DNA of 63,466 nt, filler included, from Chrysochromulina tobinii (lineage: Eukaryota), in the NCBI GenBank assembly GCA_001275005.1. It is 4 parts of 4 records of this genome, joined end to end, with 100 filler letters (N's around TTAATTAATTAA, not from the genome) between each part and the next. Parts side by side here need not be neighbours in the genome. Positions count along the whole stretch, not along the records: positions 1 to 11,498 come from JWZX01000313.1; positions 11,599 to 27,843 come from JWZX01000314.1; 2 more parts are not named here. The stretch is one strand, 5' to 3'. Shown piece by piece: positions 1 through 12,051 of this stretch (the first letter of the stretch is position 1; every line of letters starts with the position of its first letter). Both the position numbers and the translations under genes were made by a program. Under the pieces are notes generated by a model. The model saw only the letters and a list, made by a program, of their open reading frames with translations. It made no database searches and was not told where the DNA came from.

Positions 1-3000
1 ATGCAGCGAGCAAACTCGAGCGACAGCAGCCGAACAACGCCCTTGCGCAGTAGCTGCAGCTGTCGCGACCGCTCACTCGCCATCTCGACCCATCGCCTCC
101 ATGATGAGGCCACGTGTCGACTCATCCACGTGGCAACCACCCGACACTGCACCGCCAGCCTCTCTGTGCGCCTGTGAGCACATTTGGCCCATGCTCGCCA
201 AGCTTGAGTGATCGAAAGGATCATCCTGCTCGCTCGCCGATGGAGCTCCCTTTTGCGACGATGGGCGTAGTACCCATGCCGCCAGGTACAAAACGCATGA
301 AGCCTGAGCTTGGCCGCGACGCAGCATTGAAAAGACAAGAGCTTTGCTTGGGCTACGGAGCTCGCAAGCCACAACTGCCAACCGCGGGATAGCTGTGCGC
401 CCTGCAAGTGCAGCCATGCACGGCGCCGCATCTTGTCCGTCTTCTTCACGAGGAGACTTCCCACAGACCACCTGCTCATGGCCTCGGCAAGGTAATGAGC
501 ATGGCGTGCCTCAATGCCGTCGTGTACCAGATTGACGAGCATCCTAAGTGCGTACCCACGCTCCGTCCAGCTCGACCAGCCGCGGCGGAGCGCTCGGTGC
601 ATCAGCCGTTGCACCACGATCGCAGCTTTGGACAAAGCGTCGTGCCGAGCGTGTGCGCTAGTAGCAGCCTCGCGCCACGTCGCCAGGTAGCAAAGCCTGA
701 GCTTGGCCGCGACGTAGCATTGAAAAGACAGGAGCTTTGCTTGGGTTACGGAGCTCGCAAGCCACAACTGCCAACCGCGGGATAGCTGCGCGCCCTGCAA
801 GTGCAGCCATGCATGGCGCCGCATCTGGTCCGTCTTCTTCACGAGGAGACTTCCCACAGACCACCTGCCCATGGCCTCGGCAAGGTAATGAGCATTACGT
901 GCCCTATGGCGGATGCGTACTAACCCGACCAGCCTCTTGCGTGCAGACACAAACACCGCCCACGCTGAACATGCCTGTGCTAGATTGCGACGATCACTTG
1001 CCATTGCCGAGTGCTGAAGCTGCTGGACCTTAACAGTGAAGGCCTTTGCACCTTCAGCCCAACAGTGCAGCGCCCTTGCCACAGAGTTGCTCGTCAGACT
1101 TGCAATATGGCGAAGCTCTACGAGATCCGTCACGCCATGTCCCTGTGAGAGAGCGGCAAAAGCGATACCACCTCGCCTCAGCGCTCGTAGCTGATCTTCA
1201 CGGCTGAGTGCGAGATCAGACCACCTCCGCCACGCTCGCGCGAGAGACTGACGCATCAATGACTGGTGGACCTGCCGCACCAACTCACAACTGCGCACCT
1301 CCTCGCACCAGCCAGACACCCAGCTCGACCAGCCACGACTCAGTGACAAGTGCACCAGGCGACGCACCACGATCGCAGCCTTGGACAACGCAGCGCCACA
1401 AGCGTGTTCGATGGTAGCAGCCTCACGCCACGTCGTCAAACAGCGAGCAAACTCGAGCGACAGCAGCCGAACAACGCCCTTGCGCAGTAGCTGCAGCTGT
1501 CGCGACCGCTCACTCGCCATCTCGACCCATCGCCTCCATGATGAGGCCACGTGTCGACTCATCCACGTGGCAACAACCCGATACTGAACTACCATCTCGA
1601 CCCATCGCCGCCATGCTCGCGCGAGCGCTGCATTCGTAAAGGCCGCCATGCTCAGGCGCTGAAGTATGCGGATGCTTCCCTGCGTTGCGACCATCCAATC
1701 GGTATAGCAAGCTCTCAGCTGTCGTCTGAAAAGGTGCTGCGTAGCCATGGAAAGGTTCTGACGCGAGCGAAGATGCACATGCCATGCAGTCCACGCGATC
1801 GGCAATTTCTTGGCCGCGAGGTACGGCTGTGGACGCAGCAGCCTTGCCTGGGTCACGATGCTTAGGAGCCATCTTCTCCAGCTGCGCGAGAGCTCAGCGC
1901 CTATCATGTGCACCAGTGCAAACTGGCGAAGCTCGTCCGACCATCTCAGAAGGTCAGTTGACTCGCACCATATGGAAAGGCCTCTGGCTAAGCATCGAGC
2001 GTTGAACATACTGAGACCCCTTCGAACGACCGATCCTATGTAGGACCGATGTTTCCCGAAGCCCATCCATCGACTCCAGCCATCATCCATCTGCAGTTGT
2101 GTCCAGCCACTCGTGCCTCGATGCAGCAACTGCACCAGCGTACCCTGCTCGGCCACCGTGCTCACCCAGCCCTGCCACGCTCGCGACGCCCTGCGCTGCC
2201 AAAGGTGCCTCGCAGCGCGCACCAGGCGGTGCTTCTGCGTTGCCATCTCACCCTTGATCGATCGCCACGACGCCACGCCACGCAACAAGCTGCTCCGGAC
2301 GATGTGGCACCCGCTTCGCTGCATTGAGCTCAGCGCTCGCGATCGATCGAGGCAACACTGTCGCCAGCATCGCAGGCCGCGCCAGCCTTGGCGCAGCGCG
2401 AGCAGGCTCGCTGCCCTGAACATGTCGTGCCGCGACCAAGTGCTCGCCAAAAGCGCCTTCATCCATGCAAGCCATCCGCGCCGCATGCCATGCTGCATGC
2501 AGCAAGCATCCGCAGCTCGCTCTGAAGCCGCGCGATGCAAACCACGACGCCACGTCACCAGCCATCTGGCTAGTCTGTGGGAGGCCGCCCGACGCATGAG
2601 CGCTTGCACCGCCGTTGCCAGCAGGAGCCTCTGCGAGTTCAGCTTCAGCAGACGAGCAAACGCATTCGAAAGGCAGCGGCTCCTCATCGTCGTCACGCCG
2701 CGCCGAAGCAGTGCCGATGCGCGCCGTGTGCTCACGACCCAGCTCGACCAACCTCGACTTAGCAACCCTCTGCGCAATCGAGCAGTCGATGGCGTTGGAG
2801 GCCCGAGAGGAAATCAGAGTCATTTGGAGGCTATTGCAAGCTATTCAGAATCAGGAGAAGCTATCAGAGGCCATCCGCGTACCTGCGCAGTTGAGCCATC
2901 GAAGCACTCCAGCATGACTCGTCTTGCTCGCGCAACGCAAGTGCAGAGTGCCAGCTCGACAGACTCGTTGCGAGCAGTCGATGCGCCGAGTGCCCGACAC

Positions 3001-4270
3001 CCAGCTGCACCAATCGCACCTGCTCTGCCCGTGCTGTGATGCTCGCAGCCGCCACACCCACCCACGACCGCCACGACTGCGACAGCTCTCGCTCAAGCAT
3101 GCCGACAAGGTGCATCACCGACCGGTGCGTGTTCGCCCGCCTCTGCGTGCGCACATGAGCTGCGGCCACCCACGCTGACCACGCGCGAGCCACGCGCTGG
3201 CACAGAACGCACTTGACGGCAGCGCCGATCCGCTCGGATCGCACCAACTGCAGCGCGAGGCTCCAGTCTCGGAACCCATACGCCAGCCGCCAGTGCACGA
3301 ACGCGCTCGCACCGTTCCGTAGCCGGTTCGCCTGTACAGCGAGCGCTCTTGCTTCATATGCCCACGCACGCCACGCATGTGCGAACAGCTGGCGCAAAGC
3401 GTGGCTTCGCGCGCGGCACGACCAGGCGCGTAAGCGCGCCTCCATCAGCATCGCCTGCATCCACGCCGACCATCCACGCAGCATCTGCCGAAGTGTCCAG
3501 CCACTCGTGCCCCGGTGCAGCAACTGCACCAGCGTACCCTGCTCGGCCACCGTGCTCACCCAGCCCTGCCACGCTCGCGACGCCCTGCGCTGCCAAAGGT
3601 GCCTCGCAGCGCGCACCAGGCGGTGCTTCTGCGTTGCCATCTCACCCTTGATCGATCGCCACGACGCCACGCCACGCAACAAGCTGCTCCGGACGATGCG
3701 GCGGGAACCGTCTCCCGCGAGCCAGCCTGGGTGCATGCGGCTTTGCCACGCATGGAGCGCTCTCCGCACCAAAGAAGATAGCCAACGCTCATGCAGTGTT
3801 GGTCGCAAGCATGAGAGGACGCCAAGCTCCTCTTCGAGACGCTCGAGCTCGGCTCGCATGGCGCGCATCATTGGATGGCGGGCGCCTACAGCACGCTGGG
3901 CCTCGAGTGGCTGCCTCGTGGTCTCGGAGTGCCTCACAGCCTCGAGCTCGTGCACAGACAGGGCGTGCTCTGAGGCTGTACTCCGCAGACGGCTACGGCT
4001 CTGCGGAGGACGAGTTCTGGGCTGCTCTGGCATGCCCCATGCGACGTGCCCTTGTAGCTGCGCGCTCTGCAAGGAGAGGGCAAACTTCTGTGAGCCCGGA
4101 GAGCCCCACTTTGTTTGTCGGCCACCCGTCGTGGAGTCGGGCGCAGCAGCGCTCCCATGAGCGCTTCCGCGCCTTCGCTGCATGGCTCGGCCTCGGCGTC
4201 TTGTGCTGTGAATGATCGAGAATGCTGTGATAAGGGGGTCCAGCGGTCCCCGAGCTAGTGGTGACCGCAT
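1..4270 (-). CDS. Sfi1-like centrin-binding repeat protein; exons 4270(or 4183)-2883 and 2769-<1; runs off the left edge
   Basis: Periodic L..(G/A)W..W motifs (RAWQGW, LRGWSAW, RAWSAW, SQSWRSW). A GT-AG intron at 2770-2882 joins in frame to LLSRGWSSW. The same frame at the window edge reads SSWRRWVEMASERSRQLQLLRKG. The second exon was only spot-checked for stops. Confidence 0.7.
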
Positions 4271-4531
4271 CCGTACGCACGCCGGTCCGGTGTCTTGGGT
4301 GTCGAATTACAACCATTGGCTGTGAATTTCGTCGTCTAAGGTTACATTGTACTTCACAGGTAGTCCGTTCGCACTCATAAGGCTATTTTTGGTAAATCAG
4401 CCTAACATCAACATTACATGTATAACGTGCCAAAGCCCCGAGAGGTGCCCTCATTCACACCACTTTTTGGTAAATCTCCTTGCGCAATCGAGCACCATGA
4501 AGCTGAGGTTCGGCACGAAGGTTCGCATCGC

Positions 4532-5251
4532 ATGGCTGCCTCGAGGCTCACGTCGACATCGTTCTTCACGCATCAGACAATCGCAGCACACCTTGCCGCA
4601 GGCCATCCAATGACCGTGCGGCGCGGCGAACACTGGTGTTGCCTCCTCTGCCAGCGACAGTTCAAGAGCGAGCGGTACCTCAGCCGCCACCTCGACTGCA
4701 GCACGATGCACTCTACTGCTCTCACCGCTGCCATCGCCTCTGGTCATTTGCCTCCATCCACCGTGGCCACGGCCACCGAAGCTCGAGCGGGCATGAAACG
4801 CGAGCGGACCGATGCAGAGGCCGACGGTGGCAGCAGCGGCGGTGGAGGCAGCAGCCTCTCTGCTCTGGAGCAGATGGAGCTCTTCGAGAAGCGACTCAAG
4901 TCGGTGACTCCGCGACCGAGCGCTTCGACGGGTGCACCACATGCCGAGATGGCGCAGGTCGACTCCAACCACGCGCGCTCCATGAATCGGCAGATGGACT
5001 GGTTGTGCTCAGGCTGTGGTAAGCTCAACTTCGCACGCGTCGTCGTCTGCATCGATTGCAAGAAGCATGTGGACTCGACCACGAAATACGTGACCAACCG
5101 CCTCAAGGAGATTAAACACCAGCGTTTCGCGACCGCCTTCCAGCATGACGAGACACTCAGCCGTTTCGCGCCGGCGCCGCCGCCGCATGAGGCACGTGCT
5201 GACGGATCGTTTGGCGACGGTCAGCAGCGTAGAGCCTCTTTCCACTCATGA
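4532..5251 (+). CDS. Zinc-finger protein: C2H2 finger (RBM5/10-like) plus RanBP2-type finger
   Basis: CLLCQRQFKSERYLSRHLDCSTMH and DWLCSGCGKLNFARVVVCIDC; ATG at 4532. Confidence 0.7.
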   Translation: MAASRLTSTSFFTHQTIAAHLAAGHPMTVRRGEHWCCLLCQRQFKSERYLSRHLDCSTMHSTALTAAIASGHLPPSTVATATEARAGMKRERTDAEADGGSSGGGGSSLSALEQMELFEKRLKSVTPRPSASTGAPHAEMAQVDSNHARSMNRQMDWLCSGCGKLNFARVVVCIDCKKHVDSTTKYVTNRLKEIKHQRFATAFQHDETLSRFAPAPPPHEARADGSFGDGQQRRASFHS

Positions 5252-5660
5252 CGAGAGCTGGCGCGCTGCCCAGCGTGTGTGTATGGCCGAGCTGACGGTC
5301 CGATGAGCAAGATCGGTGCGTGGCAGGTGTTTCGTGCATGGTAGTCGTAGTGGGCAGGTGCGTACGCCTTGGCGTACGCGTGCCGTTCTCTCAGCCGGGT
5401 CGACCGACAACACGACCGGACCGAGACCCCGTTTGGCGGGTCCGTTCGGTTCGCGGGCCTCGCGCTTCGGGGCCAATCCCAATCGAGAATCGTTATGGGC
5501 GCGATTTCGCAAGATCGGCGTACAAGCATCGTGCGTACAAGATTCGAGGACGTAACGGTATTAAGCGAACTAATTATAAAGGTCCTTTAAGTTGAAACGG
5601 TTCAACACCGTAAATTGTAGTTTGTACAGAATGCTGGAACCCAGTGATGGTCGTTGTATT

Positions 5661-7522
5661 TTAACATAGTTGCACGCTTTGGGAGATGCTTCCCGCGAGG
5701 TTGAGGAAGGTCTCCACTCTTTGCACCTTGGTGCGCAGCCGCTGCAGGCACAGGTCGAGCATTGAATTCTGGAAGCCCTCGACGGGCTGCCCTTGCCGCC
5801 CAGTCTCATTGGCCTTGCACACCGGACAGTACTTGTATGGGTCCTGTGAGGTCGTCTTCGCCTCGATACCCCGATAGCACGCGCGGCAAACGGAGTGGCC
5901 GCACGGCACAAGGACCTGCGGCTCAAGCAGCGGGTTGAGGCAGCTCAGGCAGCACAGGTCTGTCTTGATGTGCTCCTCGGTCTCCTCCAAGAAGCCGCGG
6001 ATCTTTCCGAGCGCGCCGTTAATCTGTTTCACAGCGCCGCCGACCTTCACCTCGAGCACTTGCAGCTTTTCCATCTTGTCCGCCTCATCCTTTCGCGCCT
6101 TATCGAGCACCGCGAGCTTCTCGGCCGTCTGTGCATGCGCCTCCTTTTCGCGCGCAGTGTCCTTCGCCGCCTGCTTCGCCGCTCGCGTCGCAGCCTCAAG
6201 CTGGTCCCTGAGGCTGCCAATTTCATTCTGCAGCTCCTTGAGTCGCCCCCCTGCCTTCTTCACCTCCTCCGCCGCTGCCGCCTCGAGCCGCCTCTTCTCC
6301 TCGTCCATCTTTTTCTGCGCCTTCTGCCTCTCCCTCTCGAGCGCGTCCTCACGGGCATCTTTCTCGTGGTCGCGCTCGAACCCGCCTCCATACCCTCCCC
6401 CGCCTCCCGCCCCTCCCGCCGCGAGCAAGGCATCCTTGGCCTGAAGCTGCTTCATCAACTGCTCCACAGTCGCAGCGCCATCATCCATCCGCTGCCGCTC
6501 ACGCGCCTCAGCATCACGCGCCGCGTTCTGCGCGATGAGCAGCGCCTGCTTGAGCGCCGCCACTTCCTTTTGCAGTTTCTTGTTCTTATTCAGGATCTCG
6601 ACGGAGTCGCTATTGCAGGCATTCACCGCGCGAACCTGATGAGGGAGGCCATCAGTGGTCATCAGAGGTCTTCAGAGGTCATCAGAGGCAATCACGTCGC
6701 ATGGCAGGCAGTGCTCACGCGCACCCTTTCGATGGCCTCATGCAGCCGCGCTTCGAATGTCTGCTTGAGCAGCCTCACCTCCTTTTCGTGCGCGCGGCTC
6801 TCAGCCTCACGCATCCCTTGCAGCATCGCCAGCTGCTGTGCGAGCCGCTCCTGAAACAGCTTCGTAAGCACCTTTGTACGCTCATCGACGGCCTCGTTGA
6901 TCGCCTCGACGGAGGCGAAGTCTCGCACGCCGCGCAGCGTGCGGGTCGACGTGAGCGCGGTCGGAGACGCGCTCCGTGGCCTGCCGGTACCGCCACCGAC
7001 GGCCACATCAACGTCCTCGTCACCCGGTATTCGTATCTCCGGCGGCAGCAAGTCGCCGTCAACGTCGGCAGGCGCGAAGGTTTGCGCGGGCCGCGGCATC
7101 ACCGCTGAACGTGTCGGTGTGGCCGAAGGTGTCGGTGTGACTTCGTGGCCGAGCTCGTGCGATGGCCGGGACGAGATGTTGAGGCCAGATACCAGCGGGA
7201 GCTCGGGATAGCCCACTGCCGCCTCTACGACAGTCAAAGGCTGACGATGGCGGGGCGATTTAGCCTTGTCACTCGGCTTTGACCCAGGAGGAAAGGCGAA
7301 GCCTCCGTACAGCGTGCGCGCAGCTTGTTGTTGTTCTGGGTCACCGCGTGGGGCAGCCGAGCGAGGCCTCCCAGTCCCTGGGCGCACGCTGAGACTGGCC
7401 GGGCAGTGAGACGTTTCGGCGGGCGCTGCCGTTTGTGGACGTAGCACTGCTTTGCGCTCGAAGAGCTGTACAATGTCGCGCTGCAAGAAGGGTAGCACGT
7501 CCGGCGTCGGCGTGTCGCGCAT
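5661..7522 (-). CDS. Coiled-coil protein with C-terminal RING finger (putative E3 ligase); intron 6636-6724
   Basis: Two ORFs joined in frame by a GT...cctccctcatcAG intron; long coiled coil; CLSC...PCGHSVCRAC...CPVC. Confidence 0.75.
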
Positions 7523-7733
7523 GCTGCAGCGTGGTAGTTGACCTGCAGCAGGAGGGACCGAACTTGCAGCGCCGCCGCCAACTCTTTATGTCTCTTATCC
7601 AAACTCGGAAATGGAAAGAAGGTTCTCACGTCACGCGAAGACGGAGTACAGTGTTCACACTCAACATTGCGCTCCACAGCGGGCTAGAACAGGGAGGGAC
7701 CTATTATACAGTGCCCAACGGGTAGATGCCTCT

Positions 7734-10700
7734 TCACTGCACCTTCTTCGTGCGCAACCGCTTCTTCAGAACCGCCGCGCGAAGCTCGTTTGCCACTCTC
7801 ACGACTGGAGTGCCTTTCGCATGCACCAAATCAACCGCCTTCGAATTCCGCAAGATCTTGATATCTTCTTCGCTCGAGCCCGTCATGATCGATATGACGC
7901 CTCCGAAGCCCTGCTCACGCATGTGCATCGCCAAATCCGAGCCGAGCAGCAGCCGATTCGCCCCGATCTCCGAGTCCATCCCGGCCTCGATATTCTGGTC
8001 GAGCATCACGAGATCGACCTGTCGGGGGATCGAGCCCTGTGGCAGCGGCGCGAGGACAATCGCATCGTCGACGGTCGTCATCACGTAGCGACCCATCGCC
8101 ACTTCGACGGCGTGAGCTAGCTCGGCAGTGCTCGTCCCAATAGAGCCCGATCTCGTCATATCTGCGCCGAGGCACGTCTCGAAGAGGGCCGTGTGGAAGG
8201 CCTTCATGAGAGGGTCGTCCTCCACGCCTGCCCGCAATCAGGGCGGCACTCATGAGCACGCAATCAGGGCGGCACTCATGAGCATGCGATCAAGGAGGCA
8301 ATCCGCCATACCGAGGCAGACGATGGGCTCGCTGCTGCTGCTATGTGCCACCTCGGGGCCCATCTCCAAAGCGGAGGGAGCATCGAGATATGAGGCCTTG
8401 TCAGTGCTGTCACGCCGGCGCATCGAGACACTCTGATGGCGGCGCGCGTGCGAGGACGCCTCGTCGCCCTCATCAAGATGATGCGCCTCCTCCGCCGCAT
8501 CACTCTTGGACGCCGCCGCACTGCTGGCCCTGCTGAGCAGCCTGCCTGCAGAGCGGCTGTGGAAGCTGCCCTCTCGTTTGAAACTGCTCTCTGAGGAACT
8601 CGTCTCGGACCTCGGATCTCGGATCTCCACAGGGAGGATCAGATGAAAAATGGTGCGGTGCCCGCCCGCGTCGTCAAGTGCCGTCGCGAGCCACGCGCGG
8701 CCATGGGCCGCGTGGACCGCCTTGCGCACCGTGTCGAGGCCGATCCCATCGCTCGTTGTCGAGGCGGTATGCGTGCGGTAGCCCGGCTCAAACGCCAAGT
8801 TGCACTGCTCTGGGGTCAAGCATTCCGTACCTGTGGGGAGAGGGTCGGGGCGCCGTGATGAGTACTTGCACTTGCATGCAGCGCGTGCAACTCTCCTTCT
8901 ACGCACCGACGCGATTCGGGTTCTCGACCGAGAGATGAAGCATCGCCCCGCGGCTCGAGCTCGTGATCTCCCCGATCTCCCCGATCTCAACGTTCGCCCT
9001 TACCGTGATCGTGGCGCCAGGCTCGCGGTACCTGATGAGGGAGGCAATCAATTGTGTCATCAGAGGTCATCAGTGGGTATCAGAGGGCAGCAGAAGGTCA
9101 TCAGACGTACTTGTACGCATTGGAGAGCGCCTCGTCGAGCGACAGCCGTGCAATCGAAACGTCGAAGCGGACGGTGGCTGGCGCATCGACGCCGATGACC
9201 GCGATCATAGATCCGATGCGAGGCCTCAACAGCTGCTGCATCTCGTCACCATCTCGTATCTCGTGACCATCTCGTGGACATCTCGTGATGCGAGGCCTCA
9301 ACGGCGGCAGTATTTCGTCACCATGGTCACCATGACCGTTGGGATGGTTGCCGCGGCTGCCGATGGAGACGCCGCTGGTGCTGTGGCTTTCGTTGGAGTT
9401 GTCGATGTGGTGACCGTCGCCGTTGCGCTCTGCCTCGTCGTTTGGGGGCAGAACCGCGTCGTGTTCGGCCACGGAGCGCATGAACTCGTGCAAGTCGCAG
9501 TCCATGCGCACGGTGCGGTAGGTCCCGTTCTCCAGATCGATGAAGAGCTGCGGACGAAGCACCCATTAGATTAGAGTAGAGCCCAGCAGAGTAGATTCGA
9601 CTCATTAGAGAGTGGTTACATGGATTAGAGTAGAGTTGACGCAGGTGGAGGTCATCAAGGAGCGCTCCGCGGCAATCACACCTGCCGACGATGTAACCAC
9701 TCTACTGCTTGGTCGAGCAGCGCAATCGCCTCGTGCAACAGCGTGGCCTGATGATCGGTGACCGGTCTGAGACTCGTGGCCAGCTCGATATTCATACGGG
9801 CCGATCCGCACTTGCCCTTGAAGACGTGATTGAGGCGCGAGTCGGCGGCGCGCGTGGCACGCGCGTGCTCGAGCTTGAGACTGTTCGCGAAGGCTTCCTG
9901 TGCTAGTCTTGCTGCCTCTTCCTCTGCGCGCCGTGCTCGCTCTTCGACTGTCGCGGCGTTGAGTCGATCGAGATGCTGCGAGATGAGGATCGATCGGATC
10001 GTGCGTCCAAGGAGCTCACCTGCCAAATACGGTGGTCATCAGACGCACTCAGACGAACGCGAATCGTACTTGAGAGACTCGTTCGAGTCGGAGCTCACCT
10101 AGACACGTGCAAGCGGCGATGAGGAGGATCTCACTGGTCGTAGAAAGGGCCGTCCACCGCGATAGACACGCGTACCCCACGATGAACACGCCGCACACCT
10201 GCCAAATATGGCTCTCGAACATGCCCGAATAGTGCTCGTGGACGCCCGACACGACCTTCAGTAGGGCGAGGAGGAAGGGAACCTGAGGGTGAGCCTGGAA
10301 ATCCCTTCGAGTGTCCTCATGGACGAGCATTACGATGTTGATGGCCGCCCATGCGCACCCCACGCAGAAGACGTACAGGCGCGAGTAGATCAGCACGGCG
10401 CGCTTCTGGTCCGCGAACGGGCGTAGCCAGATGCGCCCAGCCAACATCACGGAACCGAGACACGTGCCAGCGACACACACAAGGTTCGGACCCAGGATGA
10501 GGATCTCGAGGCTGTGGATGGAGGCCAACACAAACCACCACGTTATCGTGTACGGGCACGCACGCTGGAAGCGGTCCGCGCGGTAATCCTCCTGTAGAAT
10601 TGGCTCGATGTCCACCGAGAAGAGAGACGCGAGCGCGCCGCCCGGCTTGGCGCCGGCGGAAGACTTGACCTGACGCCGGAAGCGGTGCTCGATCGCGATG

Positions 10701-11307
10701 CCGAGACCTTCGCCAACCGCCACTGAGCCTAGAGTAATCATTTTCTCTTGAGCCAGGCTCAGCACCGAGAGCCTCGGCAGCGCTCCGAAGCCAACGCTGA
10801 CTGTGATGAGATAAGCGTAATGCACGTGCGGCACCAGCTGGCTGTAGCGGCCGTACACCGTCATCAGCAAAAGGTTGAATCCCACAACGGCCATGATGGA
10901 TGGCTCCACACTCTCAAGGGCGCTATGCTGGCGCGTTACAAAATTGAGCCCGCTCACAGCCAAGATGGAGACTCCGAGCCAGATCTTAGAAAAGATCACG
11001 CGGGCGCGCCCCAGGTCCGCGCATCGGTGGCACAGCACACGGCCGCAGAGAATTTTCAAGTTGCCAGCGGCGCAGATCTGCAAGTGCGCCAGGTGGAGCA
11101 CATGGTGAGTGGAAAGCAGGGGGCGGCGGGGCATAGGGTCCGAAGCTTGGAAAAGGATATTACCAGGCCAAAGAGCTCGAGACCCGGCACCTGAGCGAGG
11201 AGCAGGTAAAGCACGGAAATTGTGATGAGTGCAGCCACCGTCAAATGGTACGCATCGTCGAATTGGTAGTCCTCGTAGTTCTCAATGGTGTCCTCATCAC
11301 ACGACAT
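7734..11307 (-). CDS. Multi-TM hybrid histidine kinase (TM region, HisKA, HATPase, receiver), about 6 introns
   Basis: Hydrophobic helices at 10100-11250; H-box RLNHVFKG; N-box DEALSNAYKY; G-box DGIGL; receiver VEDD...VMLDQNI...IMTGS. Introns include 11078-11190 and 10020-10098. Confidence 0.75.
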
Positions 11308-11498
11308 TGCGGCGACCGTGTCCTTGGGTCGGCTGCAAAAGGATGCCCAAAGGGAAAACGACGACGTGTCCTTGGGTCGACTTCAAAAAGCGAAGGGACA
11401 TAAATCAGTCAGGAGACGCGGCTCGGCTACTGAACTTCAATATTTTATTCTCCTCGTCCTTGCAGCGGCCGCCACACTAATTTAACGTAGTAGCCCCC

Positions 11499-11598
11499 NN
11501 NNNNNNNNNNNNNNNNNNNNNNNNNNNNNNNNNNNNNNNNNNTTAATTAATTAANNNNNNNNNNNNNNNNNNNNNNNNNNNNNNNNNNNNNNNNNNNN
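11499..11598. other. Artificial contig linker (44 N, TTAATTAATTAA, 44 N)
   Basis: Identical 100-nt spacer occurs three times in the window. Confidence 0.97.
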
Positions 11599-12051
11599 CC
11601 TTGAAAATCAGCTCTTTAGACCTTTCGACCCTGATCAGGGGTCACCGACCCTGAACAGGGTTTGCACCGATTTCCCGGATCCTCTCGTTCATTTTGCGGT
11701 GTGAACGGAACTTTTTGAGAGACGTCCTGTGTTAACTTCAAACTCTCAACTAGACGGGACACAAATGACGATTTGAAATGAGCCGCGCGGCGCGTCCGTG
11801 TCTGTTTAGCTCCGTAGTTTTACCCCAGCATAGGAAATTCCTACGTTTTACTTCGCACTATCCACTAACTACGCACTGGGCTCACTGGAGTGCGTGGAGA
11901 GTGCCCGCGGTACCAACTACCATCTGTCTCGCGTCCGACGTCTCTGCTCTGAGAAGCCGAGGAGTTTATCGCGCGCCCCTGCCTCTTATGTGCATGCAAT
12001 CGGCATCGAAAAAAAGCACCCCTAAAATGGCAAGAAGGCTCTTGGCCGAAC

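Noticed and set aside
2113..3039. Long + strand ORFs here and many overlapping ORFs elsewhere (e.g. 5895-6854, 13172-14104, 28460-30082)
   Set aside because: Antisense or alternate-frame shadows of GC-rich real genes
11499..11598. TTAATTAATTAA motif within N runs (also at 27844 and 46994)
   Set aside because: Artificial scaffold linker; gene neighbourhoods across it are not meaningful
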